DNA of 42,952 nucleotides. Origin: a virus. Its lineage: Duplodnaviria; Caudoviricetes. The stretch lies in the IMG/VR virus record IMGVR_UViG_3300033489_000022, positions 1 to 42,952 of that record; one strand, given 5' to 3'. This document shows positions 26,326-35,110 of the stretch, piece after piece; position 1 is the first letter of the stretch; every line of letters starts with the position of its first letter. The notes beneath the pieces were generated by a model. The model had not been told where the DNA came from and ran no database searches. It saw only the letters and a program-made list of their open reading frames with translations. Made by a program: the position numbers and the translations under genes.

Positions 26326-26410
26326 CAAGGGCTTGGAGCCGACACCCTAAGCAGTCTCAATTACAATGACAATTCGCAGTCACGGGCGCGGCTCAGCTTA
26401 TACTTTACTT
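26320..26410 (+). repeat. attC site 10 (R' decayed)
   Basis: ACCTAAC..TTGGAGCCGACACCC...GGGCGCGGCTCAGCTTA then TACTTTAC instead of GACGTTAG. Confidence 0.65.
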
Positions 26411-26422
26411 TTCAAGAATAGT

Positions 26423-26615
26423 TATACCCGTGCTTAAGCACCAGTATACCCGTGCTTAAGCACCAGTAAAACATCAACAGCGCCTCGCCAGGCGCTTTTT
26501 TGATGTCGAGGCTACCGATGATATTCAGTGCGCCATCATCGGCATGTCTGTGGACATGCGTGCGCCGGCACCGGTCTACTGGTGCATTTGCACGGGTATA
26601 CCGGTGCTTAAGCAC
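26423..26615. repeat. Iteron-like repeats, possible replication origin
   Basis: TATACCCGTGCTTAAGCACCAG x2 tandem (26423-26466) plus inverted copy 26591-26615; core palindrome GTGCTTAAGCAC. Confidence 0.6.
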
Positions 26616-26760
26616 TCACCCAGAGGGTTAAGAAAAGAGAAGGAAAGAACTTGAAGAGAAGAAGGGATGTCTCCCCTGGAAGAAGGCAGGAGCGATGTTT
26701 GACTGCCGATCGGGATTGTGATAGAATAAGCGCATAAGACTTTCGCCACGTGCTTTGCCG

Positions 26761-26796
26761 CGGCGCACCTTCCGTAGAGAAGGTGCGCCGTTTTTT
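26761..26796 (+). terminator. Intrinsic terminator at early/late boundary
   Basis: CGGCGCACCTTC/GAAGGTGCGCCG stem plus T6. Confidence 0.75.
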
Positions 26797-26812
26797 ATTT
26801 CCTATCCCAAGG

Positions 26813-27091
26813 ATGATCATGCTAACTCCAACCAAAAATCCTCTTCCCAGTGATGCAACAGCGGTTCAATTGGCAATTCTCAATGAACGATTGCTGCCAC
26901 TGATCGAACTGACCCGACAACACGAGATCACGTTACGCGGAGAAAAGGGCGGTGGCGGCCTGATCGGCGATGTGAATGATCTCAAGCGCGGAATGGATAC
27001 GATCCGCAGATTATCCTGGTTGGCCATTGGATCGGGGATTGGAACTTTGGTGATGTGGTTTGCCACCTACATCAAATTGCAGATGCCTTGA
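26813..27091 (+). CDS. Coiled-coil protein with C-terminal TM helix (holin/XhlA-like)
   Basis: TLRGEKGGGGLIGDVNDLK then hydrophobic C-terminus. Confidence 0.5.
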   Translation: MIMLTPTKNPLPSDATAVQLAILNERLLPLIELTRQHEITLRGEKGGGGLIGDVNDLKRGMDTIRRLSWLAIGSGIGTLVMWFATYIKLQMP

Positions 27092-27101
27092 AAGGGAAGC
27101 C

Positions 27102-27347
27102 ATGAGTGATTTGATCGAAGGAATCATCACCGGCCTCGTCGAGGACGAGAGTTGGCAAGACAATCTCCAAGATGGCGAGCGCACCCAATTGATCGAGGCC
27201 GTCCAGCGGCGATTAGAAAAGGCGCTCAAGACTGAGCGTGCTCAGCTCACGGGCTACCTGCGGACGATCAATCAATCTCTGGCCAACCTCGAAGGCCCCC
27301 AGCGCGCCGACGTGTTCAATTCATTGATTACCGGATTTGGCTTGTGA
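27102..27347 (+). CDS. Hypothetical protein
   Basis: AAGGGA RBS. Confidence 0.55.
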   Translation: MSDLIEGIITGLVEDESWQDNLQDGERTQLIEAVQRRLEKALKTERAQLTGYLRTINQSLANLEGPQRADVFNSLITGFGL

Positions 27348-27349
27348 AT

Positions 27350-27377
27350 CCGGCAGATAATCTCCATTACCGATACT
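27350..27377 (+). repeat. dif/Xer-like 28-bp site 10
   Basis: CCGGCAGATAA-TCTCCA-TTACCGATACT, fills the intergenic gap before terS. Confidence 0.75.
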
Positions 27378-27380
27378 GAG

Positions 27381-27920
27381 ATGGATGAACCGGAGAATCC
27401 CAAAAAGTCTCAAACACAGATCGAGCGATGGCTGGGCCAGCGAACGCCGGCCTGGCGGGAAGGTTATGATTTTCTGATGGCCACCAAGCCCGGCATCCGC
27501 TATTATGATGCACTCCTGGCGGTGTGGCTCTCTGTAGGAAAACATGATCGCGGCAAACTCAAGACACAACTGGAATTTGCTGATGCCATCGGTGTATCGC
27601 GGGCGGTCACGTATCAATGGATAGATCGCCGGCCAGAGATTTTGAAGTGGGCGCAGGAACTCACCGAGATATGGTTCAGTTCATCGCGCGTGCATGATGT
27701 AGACGAGCGGACTTATCAAAAGGCATCCGGCACGAAGAGTTCGCCGGCCTGGGCCAAATTATTCTATCAGCGCGCCGGAATCTTGATGGAAGAGATGGGA
27801 TTGCATCACATGTTCGCGGACGATGGGCCGGTGGAATACATGGATGTGACAGACGATGAGCGAAAACGAATCCGAGACGCTCTTGCGGGCGAAACTCCAG
27901 GCGGCGGCGCGCCAGGATAG
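27381..27920 (+). CDS. Terminase small subunit (HTH)
   Basis: TQLEFADAIGVSRAVTYQW HTH; overlaps terL start. Confidence 0.65.
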   Translation: MDEPENPKKSQTQIERWLGQRTPAWREGYDFLMATKPGIRYYDALLAVWLSVGKHDRGKLKTQLEFADAIGVSRAVTYQWIDRRPEILKWAQELTEIWFSSSRVHDVDERTYQKASGTKSSPAWAKLFYQRAGILMEEMGLHHMFADDGPVEYMDVTDDERKRIRDALAGETPGGGAPG

Positions 27921-29364
27921 TGCGATCTTTGCGCGAATCTGGCGCCGGGGGATCGTGCCCGGCGCGCATCAGTACGAAATGTCGGCACGGGCTGACGATG
28001 AACATTTACAATACCAGGGCGACTTTTGGCCACGCGATCACGGCAAGTCCGAGATCTACTGCATCGCCTATCCGCTGCGGCGTATCTGCGAAGATCCGAA
28101 CGTCCGCATTTTGATCGTTCAAAAGACCGCGACCGAAGCCGAGAAAACGCTCCAGGTCATCAAACAGGAACTGGAAAGGAATAGCGCACTCAAGCGGTAC
28201 TATATCCGTCATTGGCAGCAGACGATCGGGCAGCGTGACATCAGCAACGCGACCGGAGCGGTGGATCGGGAAGGCCGCAAGGAGAGCGCCTGGCAGCAGC
28301 GGCGGATTTACTGCAAGCGATCGCGCGTGGGCAAGGATCCGACTGTCGAGGCCGTGGGCGTGGGCGGCGCGATCACTGGTGGGCACTTTGACGTGATCAT
28401 CCTGGACGATGTGGAAGAGGATGAGAACACCAAGACAGCGGAACGGCTGCAATCGCTTTTGCAATGGTTCATGGGGACGATCTTGCAACTCCGAGAGCCA
28501 CACACGAAGGTGATTGTCGTCGGAACACTGAAGACGGTGGGCCAGGACATTTACAACTTCATCCTCGGCAACCCGAGCTGGTCGTGCAAGGTGGTCAGCG
28601 CGATCACCAGCCACGAGCTGAGCCAGATTGACTACCAACCCATCTATGGCGAGGGAGGCCGGCTGGTGGACGTGGAGGTGCGCACGCCGGACGTGAAGAC
28701 GCTCTGGCCGGCGCGCTGGCCGATCAAGGCGCTGCTGCTGGAGATGCTGGCCAGCGTGCGCTCGATCTGGATTCGGGAAAAGCTGAATGATCTGCGGGCG
28801 ATGGCGGGTAAGATTTTCAAGCGCACGTGGTTTCGGTATGTTGCGCGCGACCAGGCACCTGCCAAGTTTGAAATCATCATCCAGATTTGGGACACGGCCT
28901 TCGAGGAGAGCCAGAGCTCGGACTGGTCGGCGTGCGTGACGTTGGGGTTGGACAAGGGGACGATCTATGTGCTGGATGTGTTCCGAGGCAAACTGGAATT
29001 CCCAGAGTTGATCGAGCAGGGTAAGGCGCTGTATGTCCGGGGACACCCCGGCGCGGTGCTGGTGGAAAAGCGGGCGAGCGGGCATAGCGCGCTCCAGGTC
29101 TGGCGGAAGCAGACCGAGATGCCACTGATCGAGGTTGACCCGGAGGGGCGCGACAAGGTTTCTCGCGCGCGGGCAATCACGCCATATTATGAGGGCGGGC
29201 GAATTATTCACTTGGCAGACACGCCCTGGCTGGATACGTTCGAGGATGAAGTAACGCTGTTTCCAAACGCGGCGAACGACGACCAGGTGGACGCGCTGGT
29301 GTACGGGGTGCTGCGGCTGATGACCGGCTCGGACAGCAAACAAGGTTTCGCATACGAGTATTGA
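27856..29364 (+). CDS. terL: Terminase large subunit
   Basis: Walker A PRDHGKS, Walker B IILDD, nuclease WDTA...D, FPNAANDDQVDAL. Confidence 0.93.
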   Translation: MSENESETLLRAKLQAAARQDSAIFARIWRRGIVPGAHQYEMSARADDEHLQYQGDFWPRDHGKSEIYCIAYPLRRICEDPNVRILIVQKTATEAEKTLQVIKQELERNSALKRYYIRHWQQTIGQRDISNATGAVDREGRKESAWQQRRIYCKRSRVGKDPTVEAVGVGGAITGGHFDVIILDDVEEDENTKTAERLQSLLQWFMGTILQLREPHTKVIVVGTLKTVGQDIYNFILGNPSWSCKVVSAITSHELSQIDYQPIYGEGGRLVDVEVRTPDVKTLWPARWPIKALLLEMLASVRSIWIREKLNDLRAMAGKIFKRTWFRYVARDQAPAKFEIIIQIWDTAFEESQSSDWSACVTLGLDKGTIYVLDVFRGKLEFPELIEQGKALYVRGHPGAVLVEKRASGHSALQVWRKQTEMPLIEVDPEGRDKVSRARAITPYYEGGRIIHLADTPWLDTFEDEVTLFPNAANDDQVDALVYGVLRLMTGSDSKQGFAYEY

Positions 29365-29379
29365 TGCAGGTAAATTTAA

Positions 29380-29505
29380 ATGATGAGCCGTAAATTTTGG
29401 ATGGCTTTCCGCGAGGCGGTTTTGATGTTCCTGGATGCAATGGAGCGCGAGTTGGAAATAGAACCGCGTACAGCAGAATTGCGTAAGATGGTAAAGCGAC
29501 TATAA
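29380..29505 (+). CDS. 41-aa small protein (not in ORF track)
   Basis: MMSRKFWMAFREAVLMFLDAMERELEIEPRTAELRKMVKRL. Confidence 0.4.
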   Translation: MMSRKFWMAFREAVLMFLDAMERELEIEPRTAELRKMVKRL

Positions 29506-29527
29506 TTGTAACCCGAAAGGAGTACAC

Positions 29528-29878
29528 ATGGAAGAGGAAATCGCAATCGAATACAGGTTAAGATATGGTGATAAACCAATCGCTGACATTGTTAAGCCAT
29601 ATGCACAGGCCATATTACGCGAGTGCGAGAAAATTGAACCACCTCCTGATTTTAAGGTTTCTTTCCGTTGGGTAGATACTGGTAGAGGGGGACTCTCAGG
29701 TAGATACATAATAGCTACCGTCATCTATCCAAATGGAAGCAGTAAAGATTTTGATCGTCAGACTGGATGGTCTGATAATTTTGTCGCTTTTGCCAAAGAA
29801 TCACATTTTCAAAAAGACATAAAAGATATAGCCAAGGACCTAGCGGATCTTTTTGTGAGTCTTGAAAAATTCGCATAA
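29528..29878 (+). CDS. Moron hypothetical protein
   Basis: AAGGAG RBS; TATAAT at 29501-29506; AT-rich. Confidence 0.7.
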   Translation: MEEEIAIEYRLRYGDKPIADIVKPYAQAILRECEKIEPPPDFKVSFRWVDTGRGGLSGRYIIATVIYPNGSSKDFDRQTGWSDNFVAFAKESHFQKDIKDIAKDLADLFVSLEKFA

Positions 29879-29920
29879 TACGGGCTAACACTTAATCGAA
29901 TAACAGGCAGTCCATTCGGA

Positions 29921-29972
29921 ACGCCGCTTTTTTGTGGGAGTTGAAAACCCCACAGAGAAGCGGCGTTTTTTT
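29921..29972 (+). terminator. Moron intrinsic terminator
   Basis: ACGCCGCTTTTTTGTGGG/CCCACAGAGAAGCGGCGT stem plus T-run. Confidence 0.7.
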
Positions 29973-29983
29973 GTTTTCATACG

Positions 29984-30011
29984 AGTATTGATAATGGATA
30001 TTACTCTCACC
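29984..30011 (-). repeat. dif/Xer-like 28-bp site 11
   Basis: Reverse strand GGTGAGAGTAA-TATCCA-TTATCAATACT; overlaps portal ATG. Confidence 0.65.
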
Positions 30012-31400
30012 GAACTTGCGTACCTCCAATGGCTACAAGGCGAGGAAAAGACTCGCCAGCAAAACATCTTGATGGCGCGCGAGTACTATGACGGCGATCA
30101 GGATGTTCGATTGACCGATCGCCAGCGCCAGTATCTCGGATTTGAGAAGGGCGGCAAGTTTTGCCTGAACTATTGTGGCGACGTGGTGAACTCGGTCGTC
30201 GAGCGATTACGGGTCAACTCATTCACTTGTCAGGATCAGGCGGTGAGCCAATGGATCGCCGGGACGTGGACTGGCAACCGGATGGATGCCGGCCAGCGAG
30301 ATGTGCACTCCGGCGCGGTCTTGGATGGCGAGTATTTCGTGATTGTGGACTGGGATAAGAAAGCGGGGCGCATCCGGTTCTATCCCCATCCGCGTTATAC
30401 CGATCCGAGCCTCGGCGGGACCGGATTCGGCTGCAAGGCGCATTATCCAGATGACGACGCCAGCCAGGCGATGCTATTTGCGAGCAAACGCTGGACGGAC
30501 ACAATGACCGACGACACCGGCCGGAAGCAGACACTGCAGCGGATGGCACTCTACTATCCCGACCGCATTGAGAAATATGTGATGGGCAAGGGCGGTGAAT
30601 GGGTTGAGTTCCAGGAGAAGGATCAGGCCGGGCCGATGCGGCGGGTTGATGTAGGGGGAAAGCCTCTGGGAATTCCGGTGATTCATTTTCAGAACCCAGC
30701 CTTGCGCACAGAACTTTGGGACGCCTTTGACGTGCAGGATATGATCAACAAAACTGCGCTGGATTTGGCCGCAGCCAGTGACACGGCCGGTTTCCGCATC
30801 CTCTTTGCGCATGGTTGGATCCCAACGACAGACGGGAAAGAACCGGCAGAAGATGGCAGCAACCTGCTCAAGATCGCGCCAGGGCAGATCATCGGCTCTA
30901 TGAGCGAGAATGCCGGATTGGACACGATCGAGCCGACCGACCTTTCAAAACTGGAGGGCGTGCTCGATGGATGGATCATGCGACTGGCGCAGGTGACGGG
31001 AACGCCGCTCAGCCGTTTCCAGATGACCAAGCAGATCGCCGCGGAAGGAACACTCAAAGAGCAGGACAACAAAATGGTGGCCAAGGTCGAGGCCAGGCAA
31101 ATCACTTTTGGGAATGCCTGGGAAGATTGCCTGGACATCGCGCGCCGGCTGGCTAACACATTCGGCAACGCCGGCCTCGACGAGGAGCCGGCGATCGAAT
31201 CGCAATGGAATCCTGCGGCCGTGCGCGACGAGACGGCGGAGCTGGAGCGGATTGCGATCAAACGCGAGAAACTGCAAGTGCCACTCTTCCAGGTCTGGGC
31301 CGAGGCAGGCTACAGCCCGGAGGAAATTACCAAGATGATGGAGGCTCCCGAGATCCGGAACCTGACGTTCGCAACCTATCCAGGAGCGGCAAATGGCTGA
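29994..31400 (+). CDS. Portal protein (SPP1 gp6-like)
   Basis: YYDGDQ, NYCGDVVNSVVERL, GIPVIHFQN; follows terL. Confidence 0.88.
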   Translation: MDITLTELAYLQWLQGEEKTRQQNILMAREYYDGDQDVRLTDRQRQYLGFEKGGKFCLNYCGDVVNSVVERLRVNSFTCQDQAVSQWIAGTWTGNRMDAGQRDVHSGAVLDGEYFVIVDWDKKAGRIRFYPHPRYTDPSLGGTGFGCKAHYPDDDASQAMLFASKRWTDTMTDDTGRKQTLQRMALYYPDRIEKYVMGKGGEWVEFQEKDQAGPMRRVDVGGKPLGIPVIHFQNPALRTELWDAFDVQDMINKTALDLAAASDTAGFRILFAHGWIPTTDGKEPAEDGSNLLKIAPGQIIGSMSENAGLDTIEPTDLSKLEGVLDGWIMRLAQVTGTPLSRFQMTKQIAAEGTLKEQDNKMVAKVEARQITFGNAWEDCLDIARRLANTFGNAGLDEEPAIESQWNPAAVRDETAELERIAIKREKLQVPLFQVWAEAGYSPEEITKMMEAPEIRNLTFATYPGAANG

Positions 31401-32115
31401 GTTTGCCAATCGCACGGCATGGGAAGCACGGCTCCGGGCGGCGGTGGCCGGGCTGCAGCCGGGCCAGTTGCAGCGACTCATGGCCGAGATGAAATTGCAA
31501 GCGGACCTGGAGGGCGTGGCGGTGCCCGAATCGCTCTGGGAGCAATTCAACCAGGAGACACAGGCAGCCATCCGCCCGATCCTGGAGCAGATCTTTATCG
31601 AGTCGGCGCGTGAGGCGGCGGCGCAATATCCGACGCTGGCGGTGAACTGGACCTTGGTCAATACGCAGGCAGCCAACTGGGCGAGCGGGTATTCATTTGA
31701 CCTGGTGCGTCTGATTGACAGCACCACGCGGGAGGGGCTGCAAGCGGCCATCAGCACCTATTTCAAAACGGCTGAAACGATGGGTGAGCTGCGAACTGCC
31801 CTCTCCAACTTTGTTCCGGCGATCCAGGACACGCTCGGGCGGACGCTTTACGCGACGACACGGGCGGACATGATCGCGACGACCGAGGTCACGCGGGCGG
31901 CCACGCAAGGCGAGCTGCAATGGGTGAAAGAAATCAAGGCCGATAATCCTGACCTCCGTGTGGTGGAGATATGGCAGACCAACAGGGATGAGTTGGTGTG
32001 CCCACAATGTGGGCCGCGCCAGGGGAAGCGGATTCTAGGCAATGTATTTCCGCCGGCGCATCCACGCTGCCGATGCTGGACCAATACGGAAATCGTTTTA
32101 CCAGAGGGCGCATGA
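31393..32115 (+). CDS. Minor head protein (Mu gpF / SPP1 gp7-like)
   Basis: RADMIATTEVTRA, W.T..DELVCPQC, PPAHPRCRC. Confidence 0.85.
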   Translation: MAEFANRTAWEARLRAAVAGLQPGQLQRLMAEMKLQADLEGVAVPESLWEQFNQETQAAIRPILEQIFIESAREAAAQYPTLAVNWTLVNTQAANWASGYSFDLVRLIDSTTREGLQAAISTYFKTAETMGELRTALSNFVPAIQDTLGRTLYATTRADMIATTEVTRAATQGELQWVKEIKADNPDLRVVEIWQTNRDELVCPQCGPRQGKRILGNVFPPAHPRCRCWTNTEIVLPEGA

Positions 32116-32624
32116 GCGACACGATCCACATTGAGGGCATTGAGCCATTGCTGGCCAAGATCAAGAGCTTGCAGGAATTGAGGCCGGTGGTGGGCGCGAT
32201 CAAAGCGGCCGCGCTGCACGTCAAGGGCAAGGTCGCAGTCTATTCTGAGGAAAAGCGTCCGAAGGAAAAGCGTCCGACGCGGGCGAGCGTGTATGGTTCG
32301 GTATTCAAGACCGAGAAGCAGCGCCGATATTTCTTCTGGGCATTGCGCAAGGGCGAAATAGAGGTGCCCTACCGCCGTGGCGTATCGCCAGGCTCACAGA
32401 CCTTTGGCCGGCGGTGGACGATTGCGATGAGCAATGCGGGCCTGACGGCCAAGATCGGGAACAATGCGGGCTATGGGCCGCTGCTGATGGATTCAACGCG
32501 GCAATCGCTGTACGCAAAGGCTGTGGGATGGCGCACGACAGACGCGATCCTCGACGAGGAAACCGAGACGGTCACGCGGCTGATCACGTATGAGGTCAAC
32601 CGGGCCCTTGAGGGTAGGGAATAA
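32112..32624 (+). CDS. HK97 gp10-like morphogenesis protein
   Basis: IEGIEPLLAKI, IGNNAGYG motifs. Confidence 0.55.
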   Translation: MSDTIHIEGIEPLLAKIKSLQELRPVVGAIKAAALHVKGKVAVYSEEKRPKEKRPTRASVYGSVFKTEKQRRYFFWALRKGEIEVPYRRGVSPGSQTFGRRWTIAMSNAGLTAKIGNNAGYGPLLMDSTRQSLYAKAVGWRTTDAILDEETETVTRLITYEVNRALEGRE

Positions 32625-32641
32625 CACACATTATCGATACT
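32614..32641 (+). repeat. dif/Xer-like 28-bp site 12
   Basis: GTAGGGAATAA-CACACA-TTATCGATACT; TAA is upstream stop. Confidence 0.75.
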
Positions 32642-32654
32642 GAGGAGGAATGAG

Positions 32655-32990
32655 ATGGCTGCTTTATCTGTTGCAACAAGAACTCGTTTATGGATTGGCC
32701 TGATGCGATGGTGGTCGGATCACGCGCACGCAATTGAGCAACCCTTCGCCGGGATGGCGAAACGGGACATCTACAACCCGGACACGAATACTGGATTTAT
32801 TGCCCAGGCCGATGATTGGGTAGACACCCACTCGGCGAATACGTGCAATACGACTGGATTCAATGGGGCGCTCTCGGAGCCTTGCAAGTCGGGGCTGACC
32901 GCCGCGACGAAGGGTTTCGTGCTCTCGATGATCGTGCTGGCCCGGTATGACCCCGAATTGTGCAAGAGCATCTTGGGAAACATAGACTAG
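32655..32990 (+). CDS. Hypothetical protein (accessory virion module)
   Basis: GAGGAGG RBS. Confidence 0.65.
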   Translation: MAALSVATRTRLWIGLMRWWSDHAHAIEQPFAGMAKRDIYNPDTNTGFIAQADDWVDTHSANTCNTTGFNGALSEPCKSGLTAATKGFVLSMIVLARYDPELCKSILGNID

Positions 32991-33000
32991 GAGGTGACGA

Positions 33001-33492
33001 ATGGCTTCGGGTGATACGCTTTGTAGATATTTCCCGCTATCGGCAGAATTTTGCGCGGTTTTTCCGCAACTATACAGGCGCAACTATCACTATGTTCTCG
33101 GTTTTGATGCCGCCACGGACGAGGCATGTACCTGGACTGACATCATGCCCAGAAACTATGCAGGCGGCGGCGTCACAGTCTATCTGCACATCACAGATGC
33201 GAACGACACGACGGCGGCACACGCAAGTTATTGGGATGTGTCCTTTGAGACGGCGGTTGGGCAGGATATTGACAGTGATGGTTTCGCGGCAGTTCAGAGC
33301 AACCATGCCCATCCTAATGGGACAAGTGGAATTGAAGTCGTTATCTCTATTCCGTTTACCAATGGGGCACAGATGGATAGCGTGGCGGCGGGTGATAAGT
33401 TCAGACTAAAGGTCAACCGGGACGCCAACAATGGCTCGGATGACTGGGCCAATGACGCCGAGTTGCTTGCGGTAGAGATTAAAGAGACATAG
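33001..33492 (+). CDS. Hypothetical beta-sandwich virion protein
   Basis: GGAGG RBS; beta-rich. Confidence 0.65.
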   Translation: MASGDTLCRYFPLSAEFCAVFPQLYRRNYHYVLGFDAATDEACTWTDIMPRNYAGGGVTVYLHITDANDTTAAHASYWDVSFETAVGQDIDSDGFAAVQSNHAHPNGTSGIEVVISIPFTNGAQMDSVAAGDKFRLKVNRDANNGSDDWANDAELLAVEIKET

Positions 33493-33495
33493 CAA

Positions 33496-35094
33496 ATGGC
33501 TGTCATATTCGACGCGGCTGCTGACCGATTGCTCCGCACGACCGACCTGCTGAACTACAACGCGGCCTACACGGTCATGGCATGGGTCAACCCCACCCTG
33601 ACATCGGGTTGGAACTGGCTAACCCTATTTGCACTCAATGACGATACGACCAGCAACTATGACGACGTGTTCATAGACGAGAATGGCGGCAGCCCGACCA
33701 TTTGTATGAAGGTAGTTATTGGAGGGGCTGGAACTTCACTCGTTCATGGGACCGCCCCCGTCAGCGGGGCGTGGGTGCATGTAGCCGCCGTTCGCACCAA
33801 CGCTTCCAATTTCTATATATACGTGAACGGGGTGGTGTCCGGCGAAGGGACGCGGGACATCACGGGCCGCGCAGCGGCGACCCGCATGGAAATCGGCGGG
33901 TTTGGCTCCGAGGACGGCGACAGGTTCGTCGGGCGCATGGCCATCGCCAAGGCGTGGACGGTTGCCAAGACCGCCTCGGATATACTTCAGGAGATGCGGG
34001 TCATCCGTCCGCTCAATACGACTGGCCTGTATGGCTGGTGGCCCTGCTTCCCAGGAGCGACGGAGCGAGACAACGACTACAGCGGCAACGGGCACGACTG
34101 GACGCAGAATGGCACGCTGACGGATGGAGACCCGCCGCCAGTGTCATGGGGTGCTCCGGTTTTGAATATGTCGTGGCTTGTAGCGGGCGGTGGAACAGTC
34201 TACCCGCAAAGTGTCGCCGGGTCTCTGTCGTTCATTGGTGTACCAGTTAAGAGAACTGGAAAAGTTGTAGCTGGTGCAGTGACACCGGTTGGGGCAATAT
34301 CTAGGCAGATTGGAAAGCCGATGGTGGGCAATTTATCGCCTTCTGGTTTTATCACGCGCGCAACCAGTCGGATGGTCACGGGAACATTGTCATCTGCGGG
34401 AGCTCCGACTAAAAATACGAGCCGTGCATTGTCGGGAGTGATAGCCTCAGCGGGCGTCTTGGTGCGCCAATGCGGAAAATCAATAGCCGGTACATTGTCG
34501 CCCGGTGGCACTTTAATGCGAGCCTCAAATAGATTGCTCGTTGGGGCCTTGTCATTTGAGGGCGTTCTTGTTCGCATCACGGCGCGCGCGCTCGCGGGTT
34601 CGCTGACATCATCCGGCGGAATTAAGCGCCAGACACAAAAGTTTCTTGATGGTGTGCTAACACCCAGCGGAAGTGCGGCAAGGCAAATAAGCCGATTGCT
34701 TGGCGGAACACTGACTTGGGCGGGCGATCTGGTTTCTCAATTCGGAAAAATGGTAAATATAGGGGGAATCCTATCCTTCGGCGGAAGTATCGCCAAAAAA
34801 ACAGATAGGAATTTTGGCGGCTCTCTTATATCGTCCGGTGCGTTGGTGCGTGATACCGGTAAAGCATTGGTTGGCGTGCTCATTTCTGCGGGTTCGGTCG
34901 CCAAGAATGTTTTCCGGTCATTGACTGGCACATTGTCATTCTTGGGAGCGATTGTCAGTTCAGCACTTAACTTGCCTACGCCAGACAATCGGATTTATGT
35001 GATCGAGGCGGAGTCACGTCCTTATGCAGTCGCCGTGGAAAGTCGAGTCTATACAATCGGGGCAGAGAATCGTATCTACATGGTTCCTGCCTAA
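33496..35094 (+). CDS. LamG/concanavalin A-like domain protein with repetitive C-terminal stalk
   Basis: YTVMAWV, GAWVHVAAV, IYVNG; about 20-aa G.LS..G...R repeats. Confidence 0.75.
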   Translation: MAVIFDAAADRLLRTTDLLNYNAAYTVMAWVNPTLTSGWNWLTLFALNDDTTSNYDDVFIDENGGSPTICMKVVIGGAGTSLVHGTAPVSGAWVHVAAVRTNASNFYIYVNGVVSGEGTRDITGRAAATRMEIGGFGSEDGDRFVGRMAIAKAWTVAKTASDILQEMRVIRPLNTTGLYGWWPCFPGATERDNDYSGNGHDWTQNGTLTDGDPPPVSWGAPVLNMSWLVAGGGTVYPQSVAGSLSFIGVPVKRTGKVVAGAVTPVGAISRQIGKPMVGNLSPSGFITRATSRMVTGTLSSAGAPTKNTSRALSGVIASAGVLVRQCGKSIAGTLSPGGTLMRASNRLLVGALSFEGVLVRITARALAGSLTSSGGIKRQTQKFLDGVLTPSGSAARQISRLLGGTLTWAGDLVSQFGKMVNIGGILSFGGSIAKKTDRNFGGSLISSGALVRDTGKALVGVLISAGSVAKNVFRSLTGTLSFLGAIVSSALNLPTPDNRIYVIEAESRPYAVAVESRVYTIGAENRIYMVPA

Positions 35095-35110
35095 CAAGAA
35101 GGAGGATAAG

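Larger units (their letters stand above)
24870..26410 (+). mobile_element. Integron-type gene cassette array B (5 cassettes, 6 attC)
   Basis: Cassette starts at 24992, 25265, 25503, 25704 and 25937 complementary to own R'' ends at 25137, 25441, 25654, 25853 and 26317. Confidence 0.88.
29351..29992 (+). mobile_element. Moron between terL and portal with 15-bp direct repeats
   Basis: CATACGAGTATTGAT at 29351-29365 and 29978-29992; own promoter and terminator. Confidence 0.7.

Noticed and set aside
21771-26410. CRISPR array interpretation of the repeats
   Set aside because: Repeats vary in length and sequence, are separated by whole ORFs and have attC architecture.
1151-31757. Long antisense ORFs (e.g. 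1151-2512, 22732-23832, 28006-29343, 30945-31757)
   Set aside because: Shadow frames of GC-rich genes with no motifs or RBS.
16175-32280. Short in-frame tandem duplications (TSPIS/TSPIR near 16175, EYYH x2 near 20284, EKRP x2 near 32250)
   Set aside because: Isolated slippage-type duplications with no shared motif.
35089-35098. GCCTAACAAG R''-like motif
   Set aside because: No L'', L' or R' downstream.
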